Positions 30,308-40,370 of a stretch of 64,000 nucleotides of DNA are shown here, piece by piece. Both the position numbers and the translations under genes were made by a program. The notes beneath the pieces are model-generated. The model ran no database searches, was not told the DNA's origin, and saw nothing but the letters and a program-made list of their open reading frames with translations. Within the stretch, counting starts at the first letter, position 1. Every line of letters begins with the position of its first letter. Source of the DNA: Candidatus Latescibacterota bacterium (GTDB taxonomy: Bacteria > Latescibacterota > UBA2968); assembly GCA_965207885.1 (NCBI GenBank), contig OZ242311.1, positions 2,752,001 through 2,816,000 on the forward strand, in the 5' to 3' direction.

Positions 30308-31342
30308 CTATTCAAACCAATGAGGGGATTGCGGGCGCTTCGTGCGAATCGAATCCAGTGCTGCCTCACAGATAGAAACTATGCGCGCACCCCATCGAGC
30401 CGGGATCGGATTACTGATTTTGCCATCGAGCAGATTCAGATAATCGACCACAGAGCGCCCCCAGCCGTGTCCACCAATTACTTCATGAGCAGATGATTCT
30501 TCGATTGGAACTGGCTCATGGCCACGGCGGAAGAGTTGGCCTTTCCACAACGTGCCTTCGGTGCCATATACGGCTAAAAAACCACCGCCCATTCCCTCGC
30601 CCATGCCATGTCCGGAGCAGCCGCTTGTCACAAAGACTTTGCCTGTGACGCCATTTTCAAATTGAAGGATCACAATATAACAGTCATCATCTGGAAATAC
30701 CGGGATGCTGAGCTTATTGCTATAGGCATAGACCTCCGTAACCGGAGATTCAACCGTCCACAAAATCAGATCAAGTGGGTGGCAGCCGCCGCCCAGCAGG
30801 ATATTCTGGGGATTTTGCCGATCAATGCGCCAGGGTGTGTGACTTTTACCCTCAGGTGAATAATGGCTCCACATGTCATGGATGTAATCGCCCTGGACAA
30901 AGAAAACATCGCCAATCTCACCGGATTGGGCCATCAGTGCCATTTCGTGCCAGGGATGCAGGTAGCGCATGGTTTGGTCGGTCATGACATGCCGGCCACT
31001 CTCTGCCTCCGCGTCGAGGATGCGTTGGGCATCTGCCACTGTGGTAGCAAGCGGTTTTTCCACCAGGACGTGGCAGCCCTGCTCCAATGCCATGACAGTC
31101 TGATCGGCGTGCAAGTGATCCGGTCCTGCCACGACTACAACATCGGGCTGCATTTCTCGCAGGAGTGGAGCGTACTCGTGGCCAGTCAAGGCATCCGGAT
31201 ATTGCTCATGCATCATGTCCAACTGTGCCTGCTGTGGATCGACGAGCCCCACAATTTCTCCACGTCCATCGGCGGCGGCTACCTGAGCCACATTACGGCC
31301 AGCGCTTCCACAGCCGCTAATCAAGAGTTTGTAACGCTTCAT
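30308..31342 (-). CDS. Gfo/Idh/MocA oxidoreductase
   Basis: GCGSAG, HVLVEKP, GGCHPLD. Confidence 0.92.
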   Translation of the reverse strand: MKRYKLLISGCGSAGRNVAQVAAADGRGEIVGLVDPQQAQLDMMHEQYPDALTGHEYAPLLREMQPDVVVVAGPDHLHADQTVMALEQGCHVLVEKPLATTVADAQRILDAEAESGRHVMTDQTMRYLHPWHEMALMAQSGEIGDVFFVQGDYIHDMWSHYSPEGKSHTPWRIDRQNPQNILLGGGCHPLDLILWTVESPVTEVYAYSNKLSIPVFPDDDCYIVILQFENGVTGKVFVTSGCSGHGMGEGMGGGFLAVYGTEGTLWKGQLFRRGHEPVPIEESSAHEVIGGHGWGRSVVDYLNLLDGKISNPIPARWGARIVSICEAALDSIRTKRPQSPHWFE

Positions 31343-31380
31343 GGCAAATATCTCAATTTTTTCTGAAATTCGAACGTTCA

Positions 31381-32166
31381 CTATCTTCTTTTTGCACTAA
31401 TTTCAGCGATGGTATCACCAGTTATCTTGACGGTGTGGGTATCTACTCGCTCAACGACTTCACGGGTAGCTCTGGCCTCGGCACTATCAGCGGACTGATA
31501 TTCGGTCGCGAATATATACGGAGATGGGATTGTATAAGGTGGGATTTCCCCGATCCTCCCCATGGCCTTGCGAGCGCCTTCTCGGAGCAGATCCCGAGCT
31601 TTAGTGGGAGAGAGGGTGAGTGCAGCCGTGCGGCTGAGCCCCTCTTTCACGACAACGCTTTCGATGTCGGGAACATAACGTCGAGCCTCATCTACAGCAG
31701 CCCGATCCCCGCTGATGAAAACCGTGGGTACGCCAACCTCACCGGCATGGGCTATGTTGAAACCAATTTCGCCGATCAGTTCATCGTTCAACCAGCAGTT
31801 GGCAATGCTTCGGGAACTCCAGCTGTGACACAGCACACCATCAGGGGTGTTCTCCATCGCGTGATGGCCATACAAAAATTGCACCTCAAATGTCAATCCC
31901 ATCTCCCACGCAGAGCCTCTGGGGCGACCGTATATCACCCGGGCTTCGCGGTGGATATGTTCGATATTGATTCCACCACTGCCGTGTCCGTCCAGCACGA
32001 TAGGGTCAGTGGCGCCTCCTTCCAGAGCACCGTCTATGAGGGCGTTGATCTCCAGAGTGGCCAGATATTTTGCCTGTTCGTTGTCGCGCCCTCCGTCGTA
32101 AGTCTGAGTTTTGAAATCTACGACGCCAGCAGTGCCTTCCAAATCGCACAAGATAAGAATTCTCAT
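31381..32166 (-). CDS. M55 family D-aminopeptidase (DppA-like)
   Basis: ILCDLEG, DGHG, GHHA, LCH, IGE, SGD, VKEG. Confidence 0.92.
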   Translation of the reverse strand: MRILILCDLEGTAGVVDFKTQTYDGGRDNEQAKYLATLEINALIDGALEGGATDPIVLDGHGSGGINIEHIHREARVIYGRPRGSAWEMGLTFEVQFLYGHHAMENTPDGVLCHSWSSRSIANCWLNDELIGEIGFNIAHAGEVGVPTVFISGDRAAVDEARRYVPDIESVVVKEGLSRTAALTLSPTKARDLLREGARKAMGRIGEIPPYTIPSPYIFATEYQSADSAEARATREVVERVDTHTVKITGDTIAEISAKRR

Positions 32167-32285
32167 GGAAAGTCTCCTGATGAAATTGACGATGTTTTAC
32201 GTTGCCAAAATACATGATTGTGGGGCGCTCCTGCAAGCAGAGATGCGCCCGCCTCTCTTCCGAAAGATGCTTCGCCCAATTGCGT

Positions 32286-32314
32286 TTGACTTCGGCATGG
32301 TCACTTTCTATCTT
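32286..32314 (+). promoter_or_regulatory. Sigma70-type promoter for the BNR sialidase-family gene
   Basis: TTGACT-17 nt-TATCTT. Confidence 0.5.
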
Positions 32315-32368
32315 GCCCCTGAAAGATATTTTGCTATTTGGGCTGATTTTTTTTGGAGGATTGGACGG

Positions 32369-33634
32369 ATGGCGGCTAAACCAGAGTTTCGCAAGCCAGC
32401 ACCGGAAGGGGTGGTGGAGCAGACCGGCATTGGTACCGGTACAGGCAATGGGATGGTGGTCTTAGACGACGGCTCCCTGATGATGGTTGTGGGGAGTCGT
32501 TTTCATATCTCGACAGATGGCGGACAGACCTGGGGCGAGTCGCGGCCGCTGAACTGCGAGGCGATGGGAAGTTCGTCCAACCTGTCGTGTATAAAGCTAC
32601 AGTCGGGCAAGCTGGCACTGGCGCACCGGGGCAAGGAGGAGGCGGGGTGGGGGACGGAGATATTCAACTGGAATCCCTTTTATTTTTCATTGTCTGAAGA
32701 CGAGGGCCAGACCTGGACGGGTGCGTGGCCGATGAATCTGCTGGGCGGGCCTTACCACGATGTGATGATTCAGCTGTCGAGCGGGCGGTTGCTGATGCCC
32801 AGCCGGATCTGTCACAGCAACAGACGGCACCCTGGTTTGGAATACGAGCGGGTGAGCAGTTACGGGATCTGGAAGGGGCTGCGGTTGCAGGTGAGCGGAC
32901 ATTATCACTATCCTGAGGTAGATATCGCCGCGGTGAGTTATTCGGACGACGAGGGAAAGACGTGGCAGCAGTGCCAGGGGCAGTTGATGGGCTGGTTCGA
33001 CGCGGAGGGCATTCCCAACGGGCGCGGAGGAATCACGGCGGTGGATGAACCGAGTGTGGCGGAATGCGCGGATGGGCGAGTGATGCTGCTGGCGCGATCT
33101 ACGGTGGGGCGGCTGGTGCAGAGTATCAGCGAAGACGGCGGAGAGACCTGGACGCCGATTTTGCCGAGCGATCTGGCGAGTTCGTACTCGCCGCCGAGGC
33201 TGCGGCAGATTCCGAGCACGGGCGACTTGCTGTGTGTGTGGAACCAGGTGTCGCGGGATGAGATCAAACGGGGCTATCGGCGGGGGAGACTGTCGGTGGC
33301 GATTTCCAGGGATAGTGGCGCGAGCTGGGAGCGGTTCAAGACAATCGAGGTGAGCGAGGGGATGGAGGACGTGGAGCGGGTGGTGCCGCAGGAGCCGATT
33401 ACGCCGGTGATCGGGCTACCCGAAGTGGGTACGTTGCCGGAGGGTTTCGCTACCTTCGACTATCCCAATGTGTGGTTTGCGGGTGATGAGGTGTACCTGA
33501 CATACCACCGGAGCTGGGTGGAAGTGGATGAGGATGCCGGTGAAGCGGTGACACTGGGGGAACGGAAAGGGAAGACGAGAAAGCCACGCGAGATGGTGTT
33601 GCGCATTTATCCACTGGCGGAGTTTTACCGCTGA
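32369..33634 (+). CDS. BNR/Asp-box sialidase-family protein
   Basis: Five Asp boxes (STDGGQTW, SEDEGQTW, SDDEGKTW, SEDGGETW, SRDSGASW), DEPSV, DYP; GGAGG RBS before ATG 32369. Confidence 0.88.
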   Translation: MAAKPEFRKPAPEGVVEQTGIGTGTGNGMVVLDDGSLMMVVGSRFHISTDGGQTWGESRPLNCEAMGSSSNLSCIKLQSGKLALAHRGKEEAGWGTEIFNWNPFYFSLSEDEGQTWTGAWPMNLLGGPYHDVMIQLSSGRLLMPSRICHSNRRHPGLEYERVSSYGIWKGLRLQVSGHYHYPEVDIAAVSYSDDEGKTWQQCQGQLMGWFDAEGIPNGRGGITAVDEPSVAECADGRVMLLARSTVGRLVQSISEDGGETWTPILPSDLASSYSPPRLRQIPSTGDLLCVWNQVSRDEIKRGYRRGRLSVAISRDSGASWERFKTIEVSEGMEDVERVVPQEPITPVIGLPEVGTLPEGFATFDYPNVWFAGDEVYLTYHRSWVEVDEDAGEAVTLGERKGKTRKPREMVLRIYPLAEFYR

Positions 33635-33642
33635 AATGTCGT

Positions 33643-34881
33643 TTATTCTATTTCTGTATAGTCGGAGGTGAGGGTTAGATCACCCGACTTTATGTTAATA
33701 AAGCAGGCGGTTGTTCCTTCTGGCTGCGTGGCGGTTACTACCCAATGCTCGGCCCTCTTCCTCAGCTTTGCAGGTGATTCGATCCACTTCCTTTTGCCGG
33801 TGATTCCGGTATCAGTCGTTGATATCAGAAAGGCCTCATCCAAGGGCCTTGATGATCCAAAAATCACTGTGAACTGTCCGCTCTCAGTCCCGGACGAAAT
33901 TTGCTCGGCCCAGGGTTTGCCCTCTTTGACAACGCTGTCTGCGAAGGCATAGCTATCCGGAGGTTTCATACCGGCTTGGTGTCCGTGTTTCATGCCGGGG
34001 ATCAGACATACCATGTAGGGCCCGGATACAGTGCGATAGCAGGAGGCCTGCTTGTCCAATGGAAAGTGCTGGTCTCCCGGCCAGGAGAGCCAGAGAGTTG
34101 GAATTTCCACATTCTTTAAGCGCAGCACAGGATCCCAGACCTCTTTGTAAAGGTCATTATTTCCAAGCGCCCTGCCGTATTGATTGACCGCCTGGGATAG
34201 GTTCCCGCATCCGTACGTGGGAATGGCAAAAGCAAAGCGGTCGTCGATACCGATAACCGTGCTTGCAATAATGCCTCCCCAGGAGATACCCATCAGGCCG
34301 ACGCTCGTACTATCTACCTGCGACAGGGAACGAAGTAGTGAGTTCGCCAGGATTGCATCGGCAACGGCGTGATACATCCACTGTTCTTCAATCGGTTTGT
34401 CGGAGTCACCGTAAATACCTGTGCGAACTGGTCCCGACCAGGGATGTTTTTTCCACCTGTTGCGCCTGGTGTCGCCGGGTTTCCCTGGCTCCCGTTCATC
34501 TATCTGTCCTTCTACTGCGATACTGATTGCCGCGTATCCGCGGGCATTCCACTTTTCAACCCACTCCTTAAAGGCGGTTCCGCCACCGCCATGGATTAAC
34601 ACGATTCCCGGGACCTTGTGGCTCGACGATGCCTCCTCAGGGATACCGAGCCATGCATAGACGCGGGTTGGTTTTCCCTCGTACATAAGTGCATCAAAGT
34701 AGATCGTTTTCAACTCACCAGCACCAATACTGACGATTTGCTCATTTTCATTGCGGACAACCGGCGCATTTGTCAGTTCTGCCAGTGCGCGTATTCTCGA
34801 TTCCTCAGTGCGGTAATCAGCTTGCACGCTCAAAGTCCTCAGCATTGCTGCGAAAATAACTGTCCATTTAATTATTCTCAT
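33643..34881 (-). CDS. Secreted alpha/beta hydrolase (acetylxylan esterase-like)
   Basis: Signal peptide, IHGGGG, GISWGG, DQHF, KHGH. Confidence 0.82.
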   Translation of the reverse strand: MRIIKWTVIFAAMLRTLSVQADYRTEESRIRALAELTNAPVVRNENEQIVSIGAGELKTIYFDALMYEGKPTRVYAWLGIPEEASSSHKVPGIVLIHGGGGTAFKEWVEKWNARGYAAISIAVEGQIDEREPGKPGDTRRNRWKKHPWSGPVRTGIYGDSDKPIEEQWMYHAVADAILANSLLRSLSQVDSTSVGLMGISWGGIIASTVIGIDDRFAFAIPTYGCGNLSQAVNQYGRALGNNDLYKEVWDPVLRLKNVEIPTLWLSWPGDQHFPLDKQASCYRTVSGPYMVCLIPGMKHGHQAGMKPPDSYAFADSVVKEGKPWAEQISSGTESGQFTVIFGSSRPLDEAFLISTTDTGITGKRKWIESPAKLRKRAEHWVVTATQPEGTTACFINIKSGDLTLTSDYTEIE

Positions 34882-34921
34882 CGTATTGTATTTCTCAGGT
34901 TCTCCAAAAGTCTTGATCGCC

Positions 34922-36382
34922 CTATCTATTGAAGGGCTTCCGCCTCATCGAAGAATAGACGCCTTCCAGAGTCCCGGCCTTTTTATGCCATACCAGTGCC
35001 TGCTCATTGGCGTCTTTGACATACTTGAGTGCCTCGGTAATAGGCTCTCCCATAGGATCGAAATACCCGGTCTGGGACTTACCCGTAGCGTCATGCGTTC
35101 CGGTCCAGGTTTCGATATACCCACATGTCTGCCAGCCCAGCATAAAGGGCAGGTTCATGATTCCCTTTAAATATACGGCGTACTGTTTGCCTTTATCCTC
35201 GATTGTGGGGACTTCCACCCCCTTCACCCTATCCATTTGGGGGCGCAGGAATCCATAGGCGTGGTCGCCGTTGATGATGGGCTTTCCCGTCTTTTCATAA
35301 ATTCTCCGCAGTTTTTGTTCGTGAGCCGGCGTATAGAAATCGTAATCCTGGATCAGCACCACATCTACGTAATTTTTCACAATATCCCACACCCAATCGG
35401 GTTGGGGCCTCGCATTTTGTATTTTATCGCCAAAAATCAAATGATTGGGGTCGTGTTTCCTGATGGCATCGTGGTGAGCCTTGAGATAAGCGTCAACGAT
35501 TTTTGCATTCATAAGTGCCTGATCGGTAAATCCCCTTTTGGGATCCCTGGGCATCCCATACTCGCTTATTTCGAAAAAATCCTCCCACGTATTGACATTT
35601 AATCCGTACATTTTCCCAGCCTCAGCAGCGGAAGAATACTGACCCTGTAACACTCCAATCCAAACTCTCTTCCCTGGTGTCTTGCCAGGGCGAGACAAGA
35701 TGTCCATGATCCAGGGATGGTGCTCAAAGCTTCTAATCGGCTTTCCCAAATTGTAAATTGTGTAAGCGGGTAGATCCTCGTAACTGTATCCTAACAAGTA
35801 CTTTGAGTCCCTGTGCTTTGAAGTGTAGGCTTTGACAAAATGGTCGAGTTTTTGTTTCCATGCAGGATCAAACACGTCGGGGAAGCGTTTGTCGGCTGAC
35901 CACTGTTTGACCCGTTTGGGGTGAACATGGCTCATTCGCAGTTTGCCAAAATAATACAACTTCAATTCGTTGCAATAATCTGTGGGCATTACGTGCGGAT
36001 GATGAAAGGATAGGGTATTGAAACCGTAATCTTTATGATCCTTAGCTATAATCTCCAGCCAGGTCCTGGCTCCTTCGGACTTAAAATCGACTCTTTTCCC
36101 CTTCATAATCCCGCCGCCGATTTTTTCGATCCAGTGTTCTTTGTTGTAACTGGCAAATCTGTGCAGGGGTCCCACGTGATTCATTCCAAGAGGAATAAAG
36201 GGTTCGCCATCACCGTTAACCATGGTCCAGATTTCGCCTACCTCTTCCAGGTGGACAAAATCTTTGTTCCCAATGATTCTAACTGCGTCTTCCTTGTCGA
36301 TCTGAGCAAACGAATGACTAAATACGGCTGTACAAAACAAGACGAGCGTTGTTGCTCTGAATAGAGCTTGTGAAAGCATCAT
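34922..36382 (-). CDS. Secreted glycoside hydrolase, GH50 agarase-like TIM barrel
   Basis: Signal peptide, YGFNTL, FPDVFDP, LLGYSYEDLP, DPNHLIFG, GKPIINGD. Confidence 0.65.
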   Translation of the reverse strand: MMLSQALFRATTLVLFCTAVFSHSFAQIDKEDAVRIIGNKDFVHLEEVGEIWTMVNGDGEPFIPLGMNHVGPLHRFASYNKEHWIEKIGGGIMKGKRVDFKSEGARTWLEIIAKDHKDYGFNTLSFHHPHVMPTDYCNELKLYYFGKLRMSHVHPKRVKQWSADKRFPDVFDPAWKQKLDHFVKAYTSKHRDSKYLLGYSYEDLPAYTIYNLGKPIRSFEHHPWIMDILSRPGKTPGKRVWIGVLQGQYSSAAEAGKMYGLNVNTWEDFFEISEYGMPRDPKRGFTDQALMNAKIVDAYLKAHHDAIRKHDPNHLIFGDKIQNARPQPDWVWDIVKNYVDVVLIQDYDFYTPAHEQKLRRIYEKTGKPIINGDHAYGFLRPQMDRVKGVEVPTIEDKGKQYAVYLKGIMNLPFMLGWQTCGYIETWTGTHDATGKSQTGYFDPMGEPITEALKYVKDANEQALVWHKKAGTLEGVYSSMRRKPFNR

Positions 36383-36411
36383 AACGGTTTCCTCTTTCTC
36401 TTAAACCTGAA

Positions 36412-37449
36412 TTAGTCGAGTTTTCCCTGATAGCAGGCATCGTCCCACAGGGTCGCACGGAAGCGTGGCTCATTACCCTTTATCACCGCAACCGCATCTT
36501 TGCACGCATCGGTGAAACAACGTCGGTGGCAGAAATCCGTGCCCCCTGCGATGTGGGGGGTTGCCAGCACGTTGGGATGCCGACGAAACCAGGCATCTGG
36601 TGGGGGAGGTTCCGGTGCGAACACGTCAATCGCCGCAGCAATCTCTCCAGCCTCAATGCGTTCCCACAGCGGATCTTGCTCAACCACTGCCATGCGCGTG
36701 ACAAGGACAAACAGAGCACCCCGTGGCAAGGCGTTGATGACTTCTCTGCTGATAATCTGCTGGGTTGTTGGCGTCGGAGGTAGGCCGACGACAAAGATTT
36801 CGCTGGACGCAGCCAGTTCCACAAGTGACGGGGCACGCTCGACACCGTGTGCTGCAAGTGTGGCATCTGCGACATAGGGGTCGTAGGTTCTCGTGGCGCA
36901 CCTGAATGGGGCAATCAGTTCGGCGTAACGCTGATTGATGCTGCCGAATCCGGCGAGTCCTACACGCCTACCTGTCAGGTCCCCATAGACAAAGCCTGGT
37001 TTTTTCCACATGTGAGATTTCCATTTGCCCTGGCGTGCGAGGTAGAGTGATTCGGGAATATCGCGGATGAGATTGAGTGTCATGGCGAGCGCAAACTCGG
37101 CAACCGATGGCGTCATGCTGCGCGACGTATCAATAAGCGGGATGTCGCGGTCTGCCAACTCCTGCAGGTCAACCCAACCATCGAAGCGATTGTCAAACGT
37201 CCCGGCTAAGACCTTCATCCGCTCGGCAGATTGCCAGTCTTGAGGGGTGGTTGCAGGACGGTGCCAGGGACCTATCACAATGCCATCCGCAACGGGAACA
37301 CGCTCGAGGAATCGCGTGAATGCTTCTTTGTCCTGTTGATCAATCTGGCGGATGATTTCGACTTCACCCTGCGTCTCAAGGAATGCACAACCTTCCTCGG
37401 TGCATTGCCGCTGTCGATGGGAATCCGTTTCGAACACAAGAATGTGCAT
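36412..37449 (-). CDS. D-isomer-specific 2-hydroxyacid dehydrogenase family protein
   Basis: GLAGFGSI, DVFAPEP, TPHIAG. Confidence 0.88.
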   Translation of the reverse strand: MHILVFETDSHRQRQCTEEGCAFLETQGEVEIIRQIDQQDKEAFTRFLERVPVADGIVIGPWHRPATTPQDWQSAERMKVLAGTFDNRFDGWVDLQELADRDIPLIDTSRSMTPSVAEFALAMTLNLIRDIPESLYLARQGKWKSHMWKKPGFVYGDLTGRRVGLAGFGSINQRYAELIAPFRCATRTYDPYVADATLAAHGVERAPSLVELAASSEIFVVGLPPTPTTQQIISREVINALPRGALFVLVTRMAVVEQDPLWERIEAGEIAAAIDVFAPEPPPPDAWFRRHPNVLATPHIAGGTDFCHRRCFTDACKDAVAVIKGNEPRFRATLWDDACYQGKLD

Positions 37450-37528
37450 GGGCTTTCCTCCAAATACTTTTGCTACTATCAGTTTTGTGGAAAATGAGCA
37501 ACGGTCTCGCCGCTTTCATCAAGAAATT

Positions 37529-37684
37529 CTAATCTGGCCGTGCCTTCTGGTTCAACAGAAAGTCTGATTCGGATCTTTGAATCTTCATTACAGTCGTGCG
37601 CTGTACTTCGAGGAGTTCTCCTACCGTTTGATACAGACAATCTATATGCTGCCACACACGATCCAATGTTTCACTCGATGTCAT
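37529..37684 (-). pseudogene. 51-aa ORF with strong RBS, possibly a 5' remnant of an M28-like peptidase gene
   Basis: AAAGGAGA-ATG, MTSSETLDRVWQHIDCLYQTVGE...; family resemblance is weak. Confidence 0.35.
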
Positions 37685-37777
37685 GGAATGCTCTCCTTTC
37701 AAATTGTTTCACAAGATAGTCGGCAGATAAGGCACACAAGTCCTTCTTCACTCATTTCAGACTCTTCAGATCTCTCC

Positions 37778-38332
37778 CTACGAGGCTATGGCAAGGCGTT
37801 TCGATCTGATTCCTGCCTTGATCGCTTCGTAGGCCAGGGGTGAGAGAAAGGGCTTTCCTCGCTCAACTTTGGCCTCGAATGTGTCAAGTTCCTCAACCGT
37901 GAAATGGGATCTCGGCATGAATTCCAGATAATTGGCAACCTCCATTTCGATGAGGTCGCGAAGATCCGCTTGCGTGATGGGTGTGTGCTCTTCGTGAACA
38001 CGGTTCCACACAGTTGCCCCCTCCTTTCCTATCCCTTCGAAAAACCCACTGCGGATCGAAACGCTGAAGAGAAAAGCCAATCGCTCGGCCTTCTCGCCAA
38101 TCACTTCGCGGATGCGTTGCCGATCTTCAAGGGACGCTGACTCTGTCTTGTAGGATTGCGTGCCGTAGATGCTATGAAACAAACCTCCAAGACACACGGC
38201 CTGGTCGTTGCCCCAGGCCTGGAGAAAGTCGTGTGTTCCCCGAAGATGGTCTAATAGATCCCCGCCGCTGTGAGGGTTTTCGTCAGTGTTCAGGTCGAGT
38301 AAAAGTTCCAGGTGATTCTGTTCGATCATCAT
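37778..38332 (-). CDS. DUF6817-like protein
   Basis: PHSGGDLLDHLRGT, GLFHSIYGT, IGEKAERLAFLF; AAGGAGG RBS. Confidence 0.8.
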   Translation of the reverse strand: MMIEQNHLELLLDLNTDENPHSGGDLLDHLRGTHDFLQAWGNDQAVCLGGLFHSIYGTQSYKTESASLEDRQRIREVIGEKAERLAFLFSVSIRSGFFEGIGKEGATVWNRVHEEHTPITQADLRDLIEMEVANYLEFMPRSHFTVEELDTFEAKVERGKPFLSPLAYEAIKAGIRSKRLAIAS

Positions 38333-38344
38333 GGCCTCCTTCGC

Positions 38345-38363
38345 AATCTACATATCGATCTCA
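38345..38363. repeat. 19-bp direct repeat, copy 1
   Basis: AATCTACATATCGATCTCA, identical to 40549..40567. Confidence 0.9.
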
Positions 38364-38380
38364 GCTTGCGTATTTAATAT

Positions 38381-38418
38381 AAAAAATAAAGGAGACTACG
38401 AGTTCTTCCGTAGCCTCC
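38381..38418 (-). terminator. Rho-independent terminator
   Basis: GGAGGCTACG-loop-CGTAGTCTCC followed by TTTATTTTTT on the minus strand. Confidence 0.8.
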
Positions 38419-38441
38419 ACTGATGATCTTGCCAATGCGTT

Positions 38442-39584
38442 TCACTTTTTTAAATAGAACTTTTGATCCATTGAAACGGGCTTTGTTTTCAAGAGGGGGA
38501 CGGCAAAGCTGTGAATATCCTCTATCATAGCTACAACAAATGCTTCATCCACTCGTCTGCCCCAGTAGAAGCCGTGGTCTTTTCCCGGATAAATTTTCAC
38601 TTCGATCGTCTTTCCACCATCCCTAATCGCAGGAATAATATAATCCATATTGAAGTGTTTTAAAGGATGGACATCTCCGTGAAGGACGAGTAGGGGAGTT
38701 TGAAAACGGCTTACTTTGTCTTGAACTTTGGCAATAATATCTGGTGTTCAAAACTTCGCAGGGTCGTTGATTGGCTCATATCGAACCGCCTGGTCGGCTG
38801 CGGGTTTTGTCAACATCTCAGCAAAAATAATCGAAGCAGGTTCTCCAGCAACTGCCGCGCTTACAGAGGTTCGACTGATCAGTTCCAGCGTCATACTGCC
38901 ACCTCCACTGCCCCCCATTACGACAATACTTTCGGAATCCACCTGATCGAGCTTTCGCACAGCTTCTACAATGGCCAGAAAATCCAGAATTGGCCCTTCA
39001 GCCTGTGGATTGTCGGTATAATCCCGACGCGTAGCCTGAACTGTAACATAGCCCAGTGCTAAAAATCGGGTTTGAATGGGGCCTCCTGTCAGATTTTCCT
39101 GTCGTCTTTCCTGGCTCTGGTATCCGAGACCACCGTGCATAAAGACAATTGCAGGAAATGGTCCATCGCCTGGTGGTACGCGATAAGATGCTTCCGCAAT
39201 TGCTCCATCGCCAGAAGGTGTGCGTAGTTCGTGAACGGGTGAAATAGATAATGGTATTGACACCGGTTTTACGCCCTCAGCCAATGGAGAATTTTCATTG
39301 TCACCAGTCATCATGCGCTGTTCTTCTTCAGTATATTCCCTTTCAGGAGGTGTTGGGTTCAAGCCAAACTCCTCTCGAGAAATAAAACCGTCTTTGTTCG
39401 AATCCCGTCTATCGAAATTCGCCGCATTACCACTAAACTCTTCTCTGGAAATCCGACCATCCTTATTTGTATCACGCTGCGCAAAGTTCCTCTCACGTCG
39501 TTGTTCCCTGCTTTCATTGGCATCCTGAGCCAGGACAGGCACAATAAAAAGAAGCACTAACAAAACACTCCGTACGAGGGTCAT
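38442..39584 (-). pseudogene. Secreted EF-hand plus alpha/beta hydrolase interrupted by one in-frame TGA (38748-38750)
   Basis: Two EF-hands (DTNKDGRISREE, DSNKDGFISREE) and GGSGGG; the frame continues KF*TPDII..LVLHGD..DHGF. Confidence 0.85.
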
Positions 39585-39634
39585 TTTTTTCCTATGGCGT
39601 CCAATGTGCAATTCGAAAAATAAGAGACTTGTAG

Positions 39635-39663
39635 AATATATTACGGTGGCTCTTATATGTCAA
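39635..39663 (-). promoter_or_regulatory. Sigma70-type promoter
   Basis: TTGACA-17 nt-TATATT upstream of the EF-hand hydrolase. Confidence 0.65.
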
Positions 39664-39766
39664 AGCCTACCAATATACGCTCGAAGCAGGGTATGGTCGT
39701 GATAGATATATGATGTGGAATGCCTTCAATCGCTAATCAGACTGAAGTCAGGTCAAGAGCAAAGTG

Positions 39767-39823
39767 ACCATCTTGACGGAGGCGCCAGGCGATGGTCATC
39801 TGGGCGAGGGTCTGGCCGCGGGC
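39767..39823 (-). pseudogene. Aldo/keto reductase fragment
   Basis: Translates ARGQTLAQMTIAWRLRQDG, like the AKR motif RGQtLAQmAiAW. Confidence 0.6.
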
Positions 39824-39868
39824 GTATATAGACGTGCAAACGCACCCTCGTTTTTTATATTTCTTCGC

Positions 39869-40153
39869 TCACAGTCGATCTGCTTGGAGCGGCTCCAGTT
39901 CAATATTTAAGTCAAGCGCATGGCACACTTTCAAAAAGGTCGTCATATTACAATTGATCCCATTCTCCACCTTCGATAACTGCTGCTGAGTGATCGTCGC
40001 GCGTCTGGCAACTTCCTTTTGGGAAAGGCCCATCTGTTCGCGTAGGTGATAGATCTTCAGCGATAGCTCTGCCAGTTGCTTCTCCTCCTTGTAAATTCGC
40101 CGGAAACGCTCGTCTTTTAGCTTTTCCTTAAGATGGTTCCTAAAACTCCTCAT
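39869..40153 (-). CDS. XRE-family HTH antitoxin (HigA-like)
   Basis: LREQMGLSQKEVARRATITQQQLSKVENG; overlaps the toxin 3' end. Confidence 0.9.
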   Translation of the reverse strand: MRSFRNHLKEKLKDERFRRIYKEEKQLAELSLKIYHLREQMGLSQKEVARRATITQQQLSKVENGINCNMTTFLKVCHALDLNIELEPLQADRL

Positions 40154-40365
40154 TGAATTCCTCCTTTAATTTCTGTTCGTCATAGCGAGCCAGAAAATCA
40201 GTTCGATACTTTTTGGATAAATCAATTTCAGATTGAGGCACACGCCCTGTTCGCTTCACAAACCCATGGGTCAAGACAATAAAATCTCTGAAGCAAAAGA
40301 AATAGAGAATCCTTACTTGATCTCCAGATAGTCTCACTCTCAGTTCATGTATCCCATCTTCTCAT
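40140..40365 (-). pseudogene. RelE/HigB (Gp49-like) toxin lacking its N-terminal half
   Basis: EDGIHELRVRL..VRILYFF..LTHGFVK; ATG 40365 is out of frame (MRRWDT*). Confidence 0.85.
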
Positions 40366-40370
40366 ATAAA

